From: Orbicella franksi
Taxonomy: Eukaryota
NCBI GenBank assembly: GCA_964199315.1
Contig: OZ116704.1
Coordinates: 30,256,001-30,320,000, forward strand
Length of the DNA: 64,000 bases
Direction: 5' to 3'
Shown: positions 22,401 to 35,678 of the stretch, one piece after another
How positions within the stretch are numbered: the stretch's first letter is position 1
Layout: each line of letters opens with the position of its first letter
The notes under the pieces: model-generated
What the model was told of the DNA's origin: nothing
The model's database searches: none
Seen by the model: only the letters and a program-made list of their open reading frames with translations
Translations under genes and position numbers: made by a program

Positions 22401-23098
22401 TGTACGTGATATCGTAGATTTGGGTTATGCTTAGAAGAGAGAGAGAGGGAGAAGAGAAGGCTAACAAAACTCAAAAACAAATAAAATAAAACAACTAAAA
22501 CATGTAAAGACATGAATGACCATCGCAGTGATAAACATAAAATAAGATTAAAAAAACAAAAACAAAAACGCTACTATTAAAAAGGTCGCGGTTATTCAGA
22601 AACGCTTCTTTTTCTAAGGGAGTTATTACGATTAGTGACCTCCTTTCTGATGCTTAATCTTCCTAAAGGGCGTTAAGGTGTCGACTTCGTCTCGGTAATA
22701 TTCACAAATGTTCACTTCGCCTTGGGCGAATAATTGTAATTAGTATATTCTCAGCTCCGACTATTGCATTTCTAGCTCTCTGATTGGCTCAAAAACTCCG
22801 ACTATGAGCCATTAGTCGGAGTTTTACCTTATATGGAAAACAGTGCGCCAAGTTTAAAAATTTTCCGCTCTGTAAAATTGTTGAAATAAAAATCGGCGGC
22901 AAAAACCCGATTAAGAATATACTAAAACAATTATTCCATTCGACCTTGTTGGATATGAAGTGATCATAACCAACTCGCGCTACGCGCTCGTTGGTTATTT
23001 ATCACTTCATATCCAACGCGGTTTCATGGAATAATTGTTAAATAGAAAACGATGCGAGAACCAATCAGATTCACGGCGACTGCATGAGTGGCGACTTA

Positions 23099-23504
23099 GG
23101 CCTAGTTCAGACGTCGTGCTTCTGCCGTGCCGAACTAAATTCAGAAATTAAGTTCGACAAAAGCACGGCAGAAGCACGGCGTCTGATTCAAACTTTTGAA
23201 TTAAGTTCGGCAAGTAATTAAGTTCGACAAGCTCTGCCGCGCTACACGACTCTGGCACGGCAGCGATTCAAACGTCGTGCTTCTGCCGCGCTAAACAAAA
23301 TTCATAAATTGTAATAATGTATTTTGGCGAGATTGCGTTCCCACGGGGAGTTAGCAGGAGAATTGCTACGAGGCATCAGTGTATCCTAAATTTGGTTCGA
23401 CTCTGGCACGACGTCTGAATCAGAGTTGTTTTCCTGCCGTGCTACAGTCGAACCCAATTGCAATTTAGTTCGCCACGGCAGAAGCACGACGTCTGAACTG
23501 GGCC
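23099..23504. mobile_element. PIF/Harbinger-like MITE, copy 1
   Basis: TTA|GGCCTAGTTCAGACGTCGTGCTTCTGCCGTG...CACGGCAGAAGCACGACGTCTGAACTGGGCC|TTA. Confidence 0.8.
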
Positions 23505-23726
23505 TTATACTTGTTATCGCACGGTAATTGTTTTTTACTTCTTAAATCCTCCCAGTCCCTCTTTGGCCGTCACAGAAAAGAAAAAAAAAAAATTCGAAAA
23601 AGAGCCTGAATTCTAAAATTCTTCCATAGTTTTTAGAGGGAAACGAAGCCCGGCAAACATCAAAGGCGCAAACAAAGATGCCAAGATTTATGTTGGAAGG
23701 TCCACGACAGTGCACAATCTTTTGTT

Positions 23727-25249
23727 GAGGCCTTCCAAGGGGTTTGAGCGACAAGCGACATTGCGTCAAAATGTGGCGACAATTTGTTACCAAAGTACCG
23801 ACAGCCGAGGGAAGTCGACATGAAAGGAGCGACAATTTGCGAAAACGACAATCCATTTTTCATTTCGACAAAGCGACAACTGCACTTTTTTTCTTCGACA
23901 GCGACATGACTGTCATGACTTAACAAGGCCAGCGTGACTCTTTTGGAGCTCTATTGATTGCGTTCATGGTAGATCAGTTGTACAAATATTAACAAAAACA
24001 AACCATCATTCATTCCCTCCCTCCCGTTTTTCCTCGGGGGGTGGGTACGGCTACACGTAGGCTACCTTTATTAGGGTATTCAGGTTATTTTAGGTGATCT
24101 AGGGTCGGGTGAGAGTCGGCCAATTGTTTGCCAAGGGCAAACATAAGAAAGACAAGAAAAAGACCAACAAGAAGAGTAGAAAGAAGGAAAGGGTGGAAAA
24201 GGGTTACGGAAAGAAAGACAGGAAAGGTGAGTTGGCGCTTTTCATAGTTAATCGGTTTTCACGGTCTCAAATATTTAGCTTTGTTGACCATTGTTTGGCA
24301 GTCCTTTTTTATAATATGGATGATTGTATCGGATAGATAAAGCATTAAGTCATTAAGTTTATATGGCGATCAGCGAACATGAGCGAGCTAGAAACTTGCA
24401 CTGCACTCTGTGTACACGTGGACAGATGACATTGATTTTGGAGCGTCTTTTTGCTTCTCGATATTGTTTATTTATTTCTTAGCACACTAATCTCTCAACC
24501 TTAACTTGGTGCAGTGTTTGGCAGTTTATTTTTCCAATCATAGACCATTATACTATTGACGATTCATCATAAAATTATGAAGCATCTACGGCGAACAGCG
24601 AGTTCGGATCAGTTCGCAGCCTGCAGTCTGTGTGAGTGTACACCGACTGTGCGCTGGAGATAAAATTAATTTTTTTGCCTTTTGACGAATACGTTTACAC
24701 AGAATGCTATATTAATGATTAACATTGCTGCATGTCATTGATAATAAATTATGGAGACAAAATTGAAATACTTGCAAACACCTGACCTTATCTAGCACTG
24801 GGGCGCATGCGTGTGTGTTTTATTTTATAATCATCCCGCTTAAAATATATTTATTCATAAATGTGTCGGTCGCGGGGTACAGTTGAAGTCGTCATAGCAT
24901 TTAGCCCCAAGCCCCATTAACATAGATGTAGACATCTGGAATATTGAACTTTTGTTGATGGTTATTATCGAAAATAGAGTTTTACAAAAATGTTAAACAT
25001 TTTATTTAAAATTGGAGGTTATAGCGCCGAAATAACCCTGCATCGTCACACGTATACTCGTCAAAATTAGTACGTTAAGATTACGAGCGGCCTTATTTTA
25101 GAGAAACGTCAGAGACAAATTTTTGTAGCGACAACGACATATGAATTTGTACAGAAAAACGACAGCGACAATTTCCTCCGCTGGTTAGGCGACAAAGGTA
25201 CACAGAAGGATGCGACAAGGCGACAAGACTACCCCCCTTGGAAGGCCTC
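23727..25249. mobile_element. Unclassified non-autonomous DNA transposon, 1523 bp
   Basis: Perfect 16-bp TIR GAGGCCTTCCAAGGGG...CCCCTTGGAAGGCCTC, subterminal GCGACAA repeats at both ends and apparent TSD TTTGTT. Confidence 0.75.
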
Positions 25250-25620
25250 TTTGTTTTGCGTTCATACACTATGCATGAATTACGTAACCAGAACGTTTCC
25301 ATTGGTTAGTTCCTCAGAGTAAACAGCTATTGTGTTTTGTTCACAAAGAACTTTGTCGGGTTTCATAAACATGCCCCTTTTTTTTTTACTGAATCACTCT
25401 ATGCTTAATTAGAATAAAGTAATGTTGCGTGACCTTTGAATTGGTATACAAATGAATCCAAAGTTGCACAATACTGTATTCTGTTAACACTGTACCCCGT
25501 GATTGATAGACTATTATTCGTGCGTGATGACCAGAGAAAGAAGCTTGCCAGCAGTCTAAGCACTATCGCCGGGTCAAGATTTGCTTGCAGCTGGGCTTGT
25601 GTTTACACATGCGATCAATC

Positions 25621-28600
25621 ATGATGTGGATTGCTGTGATATTACTTTGTGCTGTATCGTATCCATCAAACGGTGCGAGAATGCTCGGGGTGGTTGGAAC
25701 GGACTCAAAGAGTCGCTATGCGAACATGAGGAATTTAGCTGATGAACTGTGTTCGCGTGGGCATGAGGTTTGTTATGTTATTTGTTATTCTTAAGGAGGA
25801 AACGAAGATGAATTTAGAAGTCTTTACTACGACTTCGGAGAGCCTGATAACTGAGTTACGATAGCGCGCGTCAAAATGTGTGGTCAGTGAAAGGATTTTA
25901 AAGCCTGGCCACCTTTAGACTTTCTGAAAAGTCCTTCGTCTTATTCAGTTTATTCAATACTTCGTCGCTCGCTCGGCCGCTTGGCGACCTTAAAACGGCC
26001 GCTTGGCGACCTTAAAACGGCCGCTTCGCGACCAAACATATTCTACCCTGAAATTCATGAGGTCGACTTGTGGCAAGTCTATATATGGCCACCTCTGCAC
26101 GCGATCTTCGAATACACGCATCAAAGATCATCTTTGAATACACTTTTGCCGCATACATCAAAGGTGGCGAAGGTCGTTTTTACTCACCTGTGAACGCATT
26201 GATTTGCGTAGAATGCAAAACAGCCGTAATTTTTGCGAACGCAAGCGACGGTCAATATTCGAACGAAGGTCTGGAGCAGGAGGGAGGGGGTGACTCTGTT
26301 GTTTTCCGGTATTTATTCGTGACCGACTCATCGCTACCAGTGTGACGTCACATAGCAACGAGTGAGCGCTTCGAGTAGCTTATTCCGATTACGCCATTTA
26401 AGAAGGACAACAGAGTCTAAGAAAGACAAAAATACAGGCCTAATATCGCTTTTGTTCGCTAACTAAGTGTAGGTGTGTGCAGTTTGTTAATGCTTTTTGT
26501 CTGTGTGCATTATTTGTTTTAGTTTTGTGCGCGCGTTATCGTGTAACCTTGTTGAATTTTGTTGCGGGTAACTGACGGAACCGCCATCTTGAAAACGAGA
26601 TGAGAGCCCGGGGTGTGGGGGATGGGTACTCTCAGAAAAGCTGGGTGGGGGTGTGCGGCCCGCTTCCCAAAACCCTTACCCTATTTATGACCAAAATCTG
26701 CGATATTCCTTACCCTATTTGTGGTCTGACCAAATATTCAATACCCAATTTATGACCCGACCAGTAAATCAAAACCCTGTTTCAGACCTGCGTTATAATA
26801 AGTTCCCTATTTCAGACCAATGTTGAATTACCGTAAACATAATTTGTGATGGGCTTTTGTTAATTTTCTTTTCGATAATGATGAAAACGTGGCTTCTTCT
26901 TAAAAACATACCCATATCAACGCTAGAGTCCAAAAACCATACCCTATTTATGACCAAAATGGCCGAAATAGGCTAAAATCGATACCCTATTTATGACCAA
27001 AACGGGTGAAAAACCATACCCTTTGGGGCCGGACATACCTATATAGCTCATATAAGGGAGTACCCCACTCCCCCCCCCCCCCCCCCCTCCGCGGCGGATG
27101 AGAGAAGTCAACGTAGAACGTTCGCGTTTTCTCTCTTAACCCTTTGAATACCAACTACGCATCCATGCGTAATTATAATGGTCGTGCTATTTGTACCACT
27201 TGTGACGTCATCAATTTCAATGCCATTAGAATGATATTCTTGAGAAGCGATAGTAGTGCTAGGCTAGGCCTTTCCGCACAATGGTCAGGTTTAGATATCG
27301 ACGACATTCCGATGTCGCAAATCGAAAAACAACGTTATCAGTTTTGGTGCAAAAACGGTGGTAAAATGGTCCACTACGCCTATGATTGATCAAGGTCCAT
27401 TTCTAGGCTTCGCCCGTAATTAACATCCAACTTTTCACGGCAGCCAGAAAGAACATACAACGCAAAAGGTAGCCAGTGTAAAAAAAAAAGTCCAAATTTT
27501 GGCTTATGCGGATGCCCGGAATTGAAATTTTGCTCAATTTTGTACCTAATCCTCAAAAAATCTCTCCTTTAACAAAAAAAAGAGCTTTCTTAGCAAAACT
27601 TAGGCTTATTTAGCGTCATGGCAGCTAAAAAACCTGACTAAACGGTTAAAAACGGTATTTTTTGGCGAAAGTTTGGTATTCAAAGGGTTAAATGTCGTAC
27701 CAATAGTTTTGTTAATAGGAGGTTTTATGCGTCGATAGTATACGTTTAATCCGCGTGTATCGCTGTGTCAATTGAACCAGCCGTTCCTCTCATCACTCCG
27801 TTTGAGTGTTGAGATGTTGTTTATTTCTTGATTTCCACCAAAATTTCCCTGCGATGTGATCGGTTTTTGTATGTTTTGGAGAACTTTTGGTGGTAGTTAT
27901 CAGGCCTATGAATTCAGTTCTTTGTGTTTTAATTGTGTCCGCTTTATGGTGATATTTGTTGGCTATTAAGGCCCAGTTCAGACGTCGTGCTTCTGCCGTG
28001 CCGAACTCAATTGCAATTTAGTTCGACTATGACACGGCAGAAAAACAACTCTGATTCAGACGTTGTGCCAGAGTCGAATCAGATTTAGAATTTACTGATG
28101 CCTCGTAACAGTTCTCCTCCTAACTCCCCGTGGGAACGCAATCCCGCCAAAATATATTAATATAATTTATGAATTTTGTTTGGCGCGACAGAGGCACAAC
28201 GTTAATTCAAAAGTTTGATTCAGACGCCGTGCTTCTGCCGTGCTTTTGTAGAACTTAATTCCTGAGTTTGGTTCGGCACGACAGAGGCACTGCGTCTGAA
28301 CTGGGCCTTAATCGTACAGCAGCTTTATTTGTTGGCTTTTGTTGTGAAGGTTTGTTGGCTTTTTTTTGGGTACGTTCTCGGTCAGTGGGCACGATCGAAA
28401 AAAAGGGCCGAGCAACAAGCGGGTTCTTGTAGAGAAAGAGACGGAGAGCTTGGAACAGGCTAATGATCATGCTGCAACTGTCCTGCATTGCCATGTTGTA
28501 ATGGCTCCTATTTCTTAAGCCTCCAAGAATTTCAAGGCTGCATTGTAGTCTTTTCGTCCCTTTAAGTTCTCATTATATTCCAACTAAAAAACAACCCTCC

Positions 28601-31600
28601 ACTAAATGTCACTAAATAGATATTGCTGCATAACACTCAAAATAAATGAAAGCAAATGCTAAGTGTTAGAGTGCAGAAATGCCGTAAAGACAATCTGACA
28701 TTTATTCTTATTATGCCTATTAGCTCTTTTTATTTATTCTGCTTTTATAATCATCTCCTGCTCTTCACAGGTCCACATAAGCCTATATGTGCCATTTAAT
28801 CCATCAAATATTGTCACTTGCATGTCTTTGTCTAATAGCATCACTAAATGCTCCAGCTACAACTTTGAAATATTCTCTAGTGAAGTGGCATTCCCCTTTT
28901 TTTAAATCTTCAAGCAGATTCTGCACATTGCCAAAAATATTTGAAGGATAATAAACACAACAGCTTCCATTTGACTTTCAAAATATGGTCGATATTTGTC
29001 CTTGGACATTATCTGTTCCTATCTTCTCGGAATGGATAATGTCCACAGAGTGGACACCGAATGAAGGCTACTTTTCATAAAACCTGCATTACTAAATAAA
29101 GGAATGATTGATTGACTGAATCAATATTTCTCCCTCGGACTCCGGAGGTCCATAAGTTTCATTCTCCTCCAGTGTGCTTAGCAGCTATGCTCCCATTCTG
29201 ACCATATATGGCCATACATGCCCTGCCTGATCCATTGTTAGTGGTTTTATTTGTGGTTAGTGTGATAACAGTCAGCGCTGAAAACCTTGATGTTAGCTCC
29301 AGAGAATTTCCCCTCTTTTGCTCTGTTTTGCGTCTTCATAGCTCAATGTTTAGTTATCCTGTGTAAAAATGGTTGAATTTCACTACCCTAGCTTTTTCTG
29401 CAGTATGGTATCAAAGTCAATAAGGTTGGTGGCATCTATTTCAGTTGCTGATGTAACAGAAAAATCACATTTTTTTAACTTCACACCAATTAAGTGAAAC
29501 TATCGTAAATTTGGGATCTCATATTCCAAATTAAGCTTGTCAATTGATTTATACTGGCAATCAAGCTGTGGTAAACCTTTGTATGACTCTGTTCCTTTAA
29601 AGGAAATATCTTGGGCTGTCATTATCAATGGGAGTTTAATAAAGAGGTGTGGAAAAGTGCTTAAGGTGGCTCCCTAGAGTAATTACGAACAACCCTCCCC
29701 ATAGAACACGAGTTATAAGAGGAAACTTAGTTAATTTCTCTTACAGTTTTCCCCATAGAGATTTACCAGTATGGGTACTGTTAAAATAAGGCTTATTTTT
29801 GGATTAAGGGCGTTACCATGGCAACATCTCATCTAATGACAAGCAGATATATTCCTCATTTTGACCTAAACTCTTTAGTATTTATACTTTCCTTCGGTGA
29901 AATTTTTTCATACTTCGCCACATCATGGAAATTATATTGCTTGACATTTTGAATCGGTAAACACTCAAGGTTGTTCAGACGGTTTTTCCAATATTCTGTA
30001 ATTAGTCATTATTCTAAATATATTTATAATTTTATAAAAGAAGCCCGTTTCCAGTAAGCAATAACTACGCCATAGGGCGCTATGCCCACACATGTACACA
30101 ATGCGAACAATTTTTTTATGTTGCTTTCCATTTCTATTCTTTTCAGGTCTTGCTTATTGTTCCCAGTAATTTACCATTTCCGCCGTCGAAGACAGTAAAG
30201 CATTCGATTTACGACAATCCTTTGGAGATGGACTACGCTGAGAAAAACATTATACCCAAGTGTCTTTCTGGATCGCGATGGGAAGTTATTCAGCAATCTA
30301 AAATGTGGATAGATGTCTTGGTGAGCTTCTGTATATCAATTATAAAACACGTGAAGAAGCACCAAGAAGAACTTAAAGAATTCGATTTGTTATTTGGTGA
30401 TTCACCCCCAGCTTGTCACGTGATCATCGCCGAGTTTCTCGCCCTTCCCCGAATTGATATCGAACCAGCCTTTCCAATGAGACTGAAACCCGAATTAAGT
30501 CTAGTGTCATATATTCCCAGCCTATTATCCTCAAATAGTGCTGAAATGAGCTTTATGGAACGACTTCAAAACTTATTTTTTTTTGGAGTCATGAAGAGAT
30601 CAGAAATGTACTTTTCTACTCGTTACGGGGAGCTTAAAACAGAATTCAATATTATGCCAGAAAGACATTTCCAGGTCTCCATTCATATGGCGGAGATGAC
30701 CATTGTCATGGGCCACTTTGCACTGGAATATCCTCAACCACTTTTACCAGGTATTAACACACAATTAACAACTACTTCATATAATAAAATATGTGCAAGT
30801 AATGTAAGTCATCGATCTAGTGGAAACTAAGTAACGCAACCATCCTATGCTATTGCTTTTAATTCCCACGAAAAAATGGAGAAATATTGGACAAATTTGC
30901 AGGTTCAGTGGTTGACCAAGCTGCATGCAAATATTTCTCCAATATTTTCGGTATGTCTCCAATACGGTCCAAACAAGCAGTTCAACAAAGTATTTATTAT
31001 CATAGTTCTTTTCAATCTACGGCTAAATTGATGAATTTCTGTTATGTATTCTCGGCAAACGCGCGCGAAGGGTAAGCAAATTTATTCACGTTTCGCATGT
31101 CGCTGATGTTAACATTTAACTGAGTAATTTCCTCGAAACATGAAGGTAAAAAGATTTCTACCTAACAAAAAAACCTGTTTATTTTCTGTAATGAATTGAA
31201 AAGCAGTTCGCCGAAATCAATTCGTGAGCGTCCATCTTAGCGGCCCGTATTGCAAAAATTGGAAACCAACCAGACTTCTCCTTTACTTTGCAGACCATTC
31301 AGCCATATAATTTTTATTTATTATATGTAACACATCTACGGTTTGATATTTTTACCCATTCATGTCTCAAATCACAGACACTAAACTAGTGGGACCGTTA
31401 ACAGTGAAACCCCCAAGGTCACTTCCACAAGACCTTCAGCAGTTTATCAGTGGAGCAGGAGACAAAGGGATAATACTGTTTTCATTAGGAACACTCGGGG
31501 ATGAAGTGTTGCAGAAACACCAGGTGGACATGTTGGCCGAAGTTTTCGGAAGACTGGAGCAGAGAATAATATGGAGATTAAAAAGTAGGTCCTGTAAGAA

Positions 31601-34600
31601 ATTTGCTCTAAAAACAATAAGAAGAAACTTCTTGAAAAATGACAAAGGGCTACGCAGTGCAATAGGGACTTTAAGATATGGTACGGCTAGGCTGTAGTAC
31701 GGCTGCAGATAGTGAAGATCACTTCCGGTGACGTCATGACGCGCGTACCAGTACGGCTTTCCCACCGTAGCCTTGATTTCTACTACGGGAAAGTGCCTGG
31801 TTTCACGTACTCTTCACTACGTGAGTATAAGCCTGCTGTTTACTTCTCATTTTAACGCTTTTTGCACTGTTTGAACAGCCTAGTTTGAAGTAATAATTTT
31901 AGTAATTTTAATTCATCAATTAGCCTTGTGGCCGATTGTTGGGGTGGGATGGGTAGCGTGCACCACGTAAAACGTGATTCACCTACCTCAATTCTCTCAT
32001 AACATCAGAGCTATTTGACGTATCGAATGTGGTTTAGCGTTGTCTGTACTCTTATCGACAACGATATGCGTCATCATAGTGGTCAAAATGTTGTGCACCC
32101 ATGAGGCGCAGCCGAGTGAGACCACTAAAGCCTGCGTCATCAGGAAAGAATGTTTTGTAGCTCAGCGACGGCAAATGGCCATGAGTTGTGGTAAGAAAAC
32201 AAATTTTCCGTGTAGCTCGGCGACCCTCAGATCTGTGGTCAGAAAATAAATTTTCCGAGTTGTAGCTCAGCAAATTCGTGGTGGCCATAATTGGTTGTCG
32301 GAAAACAAACTTTCCATGTTGTATAACTCGCCAAAAGGCCGTGTTTTGTGGCCAGAAAGGTTAATTCACCTTTTTCATTTGTGAAAAAGAGATGAAAATT
32401 CGAACAATGTAAACAAACACAAAACATTTGACGACGCGCTACAAACGTTGGCGTGAAGGGGTGAAATTGTCAGGTTTGCAAATTCAACGTATTTTTGAAT
32501 TAAGAATTGAAAACAAACAAACAAACAAACAAAAAAAATCAAATCAAAATCAATCAAAATCAAAAACACCAGAGTAAAATTTAAGAGTTGTCGTGAGAAA
32601 CAGTTATTGTAAGTAATATTTGGACCTTGAATGAAAATACACACGTGAAACATACACACTCCTAATTAAGATTGTGTCGTATCGAGGTTTCTGCCCCTGC
32701 CCTAGCTGACCACCAAGGTAAATACAAACCGGGAGTGAACCGAGCAGGGGTGACATTGTATGTGACTACTGTGTCAGAGCTAACTGTTGTATGTGAGATT
32801 GTCTCACTAGTTTTATTATGGAAATGTGCTGCGTTTGGTCAAGTAAATCTTCTTAGGAAATATTAAAACAGTTCTGTCATGAGGGTTTAAAGCCAACTTA
32901 AAATTTAGATCTTTTTTTTCTAATTGTTTTAAACTTATTTATCCAGTTCATACTTATTGTTGACAATCACCGTCACTGAAAAAGCCCGCGCGCCCCTCTT
33001 GTATACCGTAAATACTCGAATTAACGCCTCCTCCCAATAAGCACCCCCTTCGAATAAGCGCCCCTCCTATCTGCCACAATTTAAAATAAGCGAGTACTAA
33101 GATCGACAACTGAGGATGTATTGCACTGGTTGTGTTTCATCACAAGCAAGTGATTATCGACTCATCAAGCACTGCGCATTGACCGTCACAACGGATGGTA
33201 GTGAAGATCTCCTGATTCATTGCCTAATAAAGGCCGACCAACCTTGTGCAGTAGGCCTAAACCTGCTAAAGGGGTCGCATTACAAAGTTCGTCAAGAAAT
33301 ACACGATTCTTCTGAGACTTCTAAGGAACTGACACATACAGGAGACCATGACCCTGGAAATACAAATATCAGAACAAACGATCAAATCTGACCACGTTTG
33401 GGAAAAATTAAGTAAGCGTCCCTCCATGCACGATTAAGCGCCTCCTTCGAATAAGCGCCCCTCGTCTTCTCCCAAATTTGAAATAAGCGCCCCGGGCGCT
33501 AATTCGAGGATTTACGGTAGTTTCCTAACTCCACGTAATAAATTCTTTTTCCATTGAAGGGCATATTCCAGAAGATCTTTCCTCGAACATCAAAGTTCTC
33601 CCATGGATTCCACAGAATGACTTATTAGCCCATAACAGCACCAGAGCCTTTATTTCACACACAGGTCACAACAGCTTATATGAAGCAGCTTTTTATGGTG
33701 TGCCACTGGTTTGTGTGCCAATTTACGGTGACCAACCTAGTAACTGCATCCAGGCTCAAACGGTTGGGATGGCAATTGGTGTCGATTTAAAGACGCTGAC
33801 TGGTGATGAAATGTACCAGTCAATATGGCGAATCCTAGAGGAACCAAGGTAATTTTGATTCTTTGCTGTCACTTTGCTGAAACTGTTACATATCGATTGT
33901 CATATATTTCTCTTCATGAAACTAAAAATAGAATCAGTATATATCCTTTACGCGTACGCGATGAGCCATATTTCAATAAATGAGTTAGATACTGTGAAAC
34001 TGTTGGAATGAAGAACGAATACGCAAAAATATTTAGCCACAATCTCGCTCACAAGGTGACAGATGATCATCGTTTATATGTATTTCAGGGATCGAAATTC
34101 CTAGTTTGATATTGTTTAGCTTTTTATCATCTTGTCATCATTCTGGAAGTTGCAAAAGGTTGTTAAGATTTTATGTTTATTAGTTTCAATTTAGCTTAAG
34201 TTTTAAGCAACGTTTCGATGGGAACAACGTCTCATAATGAAATGATACCTTTTGGGGTGAAAATAAATTTAGGTTTCGCCCGCGTACGGGTTTTGGTGCC
34301 TTTTAAGAGTCAAAATGGAACCCTTTCCCAGAGACGTATGATTCCTTGGCAATAGGTTATCGACTACTACCACAGTCGCGTTCATATTCAATTATGGTCA
34401 GATTTGTAAATCAATAACTTCGAATTTTAAGCCTTGAAAGTCTTCGGTCTCTTTATTAATCTGTATGTGTTTGCCTTTTCTCTTTAGCTTTAAGGGTAAC
34501 GCTACTCGCATCTCGCGATTGATGCGTGACAATCCGCGACCTTCCGTTCAGCAAGCCGCTGACTGGATTGAATATGTTCACAGACACAAAGGAGCCAAGC

Positions 34601-34776
34601 ACCTCAGACCGGAAGTGTATAATCTCCACTGGTGCCAATATTACCTCTTGGATGTAGTTGCATTCCTTTTAACTGCAATTTTTGCATTTTGCTTTGCAAT
34701 TAGAGTGCTTTTTAGACTGTCGTGGAAGATTGTTACCAGGCTTGCGAAGGGTAATAAGACCTCGAAGCAAGAATGA
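25621..34776 (+). CDS. UDP-glycosyltransferase (UGT/GT1 family, membrane-bound type), copy 1, 511 aa
   Basis: Exons 25621-25767, 30147-30750, 31378-31584, 33560-33848 and 34488-34776, all GT-AG and in frame. It has a signal peptide, the UGT signature WIPQNDLLAH...FISHTGHNSLYEAAFYGVPLVCVPIYGDQ, and a C-terminal TM helix with a basic tail. Confidence 0.93.
26605..27090. repeat. Dispersed repeat with internal ACCCTATTTATGACC modules (second copy about 47625-47940)
   Basis: Multiple ACCCTATTTATGACCAAAA modules and an end CCCTTTGGGGCCG...ATACCTATATAGC shared with 47625-47940. Confidence 0.7.
27140..27687. mobile_element. piggyBac-like MITE, 548 bp
   Basis: TTAA|CCCTTTGAATACCAA...TTGGTATTCAAAGGG|TTAA. 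Confidence 0.88.
27970..28307. mobile_element. PIF/Harbinger-like MITE, copy 2 (inverted relative to 23099-23504)
   Basis: TTAA|GGCCCAGTTCAGACGTCGTGCTTCTGCCGTG...GTCTGAACTGGGCC|TTAA. The interior is the reverse complement of the copy 1 interior, with deletions. Confidence 0.8.
31671..31889 (+). repeat. Dispersed repeat, copy 2 of 5321-5520
   Basis: Near-identical sequence, located in intron 3 of UGT copy 1. Confidence 0.8.
33006..33517. mobile_element. pogo-like deletion derivative with a transposase C-terminal remnant
   Basis: TA|CCGTAAATACTCGAATTA...TAATTCGAGGATTTACGG|TA with subterminal AATAAGCGCC repeats. The internal frame CALTVTTDGSEDLLIHC resembles the CGxxxxxDGSEDxxI motif of pogo transposases. 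Confidence 0.7.
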
Positions 34777-35050
34777 GAACTGCTTCAAAGACAAAACATT
34801 ACACTGTTAGTAGTTGTGATTTAATTTTACAACCATGGCTTCTTTGGTGCTTGTTTCCAAATTTTTGTCAACAATGCAATCCCATTGAGACAAGGAGGAC
34901 TGAAATGGGGGAGAAGGGGAGGTGTGTCTTTGCACAAGGAACTTGAAATTCCTATTGTAACCGCTTTTCGGCAGACATGCAACTTCATCCTTTCTTTTCT
35001 TTCTTTTCTTTTTTTCATAATTAAAGACAACTTTGGTTATCGTTTGTTAA

Positions 35051-35330
35051 AGGCGCGGTGATCTAATGATTAGTACGCTGACTACGGATCAAGCCGTCCA
35101 CGTTCGAGCCCTGGTCGGGGACATTGTGCTGTGTTCTTGGGCAAGACACTTTACCCTCACAGTGCCACATAGGGGTATAAATAAGTACCTGCGAATTTAA
35201 TGCTGGGGTAGCCCTGTGATGGACCAGCATCCCATCCAGAGGAAAGTAGAAATATTCCTGGTTGCTTCATGCTCCAGAAATTGGAGATACATGCCGGCCT
35301 GATGGACCACTTGGCTCGTACACAGACTTG
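35051..35330 (+). mobile_element. tRNA-derived SINE copy
   Basis: A/B-box-like head (GGCGCGGTGATCTAATG...GTTCGAGCCC) plus the core shared with 830-1062. Confidence 0.75.
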
Positions 35331-35678
35331 GTCTTAGCTATTTTGTTTGTTTGTTTGTTTTTTTACTTTATTTTGATTTTGTTTTTCAAATTGAAGAAAT
35401 CCAAGAGAGCAGATTGCGCCAGTTAGAAATGATTCCATTCAGTTTTACGACATATTACGCCAGTATTTTATGTTATTGATTGTGAGACGTGCTATGAAGC
35501 TGTCAAGTTACAGGGTGATTGGTCTCTGAATCTCAGAAGATCAAAAAATAAAAAAAAAATGTCTGGTCTGAATCAAGGCCGAGTCAGTTAGAGTTGGTAT
35601 CACACACAAGGTAATTAGCATACCGGAGTGTTACTGTAGATAAGGGTATCTGTAAATACTATTAGACAAACGTCTAAC

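Noticed and set aside
31436-31765. Antisense ORFs over UGT exons (also 39164, 45431, 46780, 50750)
   Set aside because: They are shadows of the sense-strand UGT exons.
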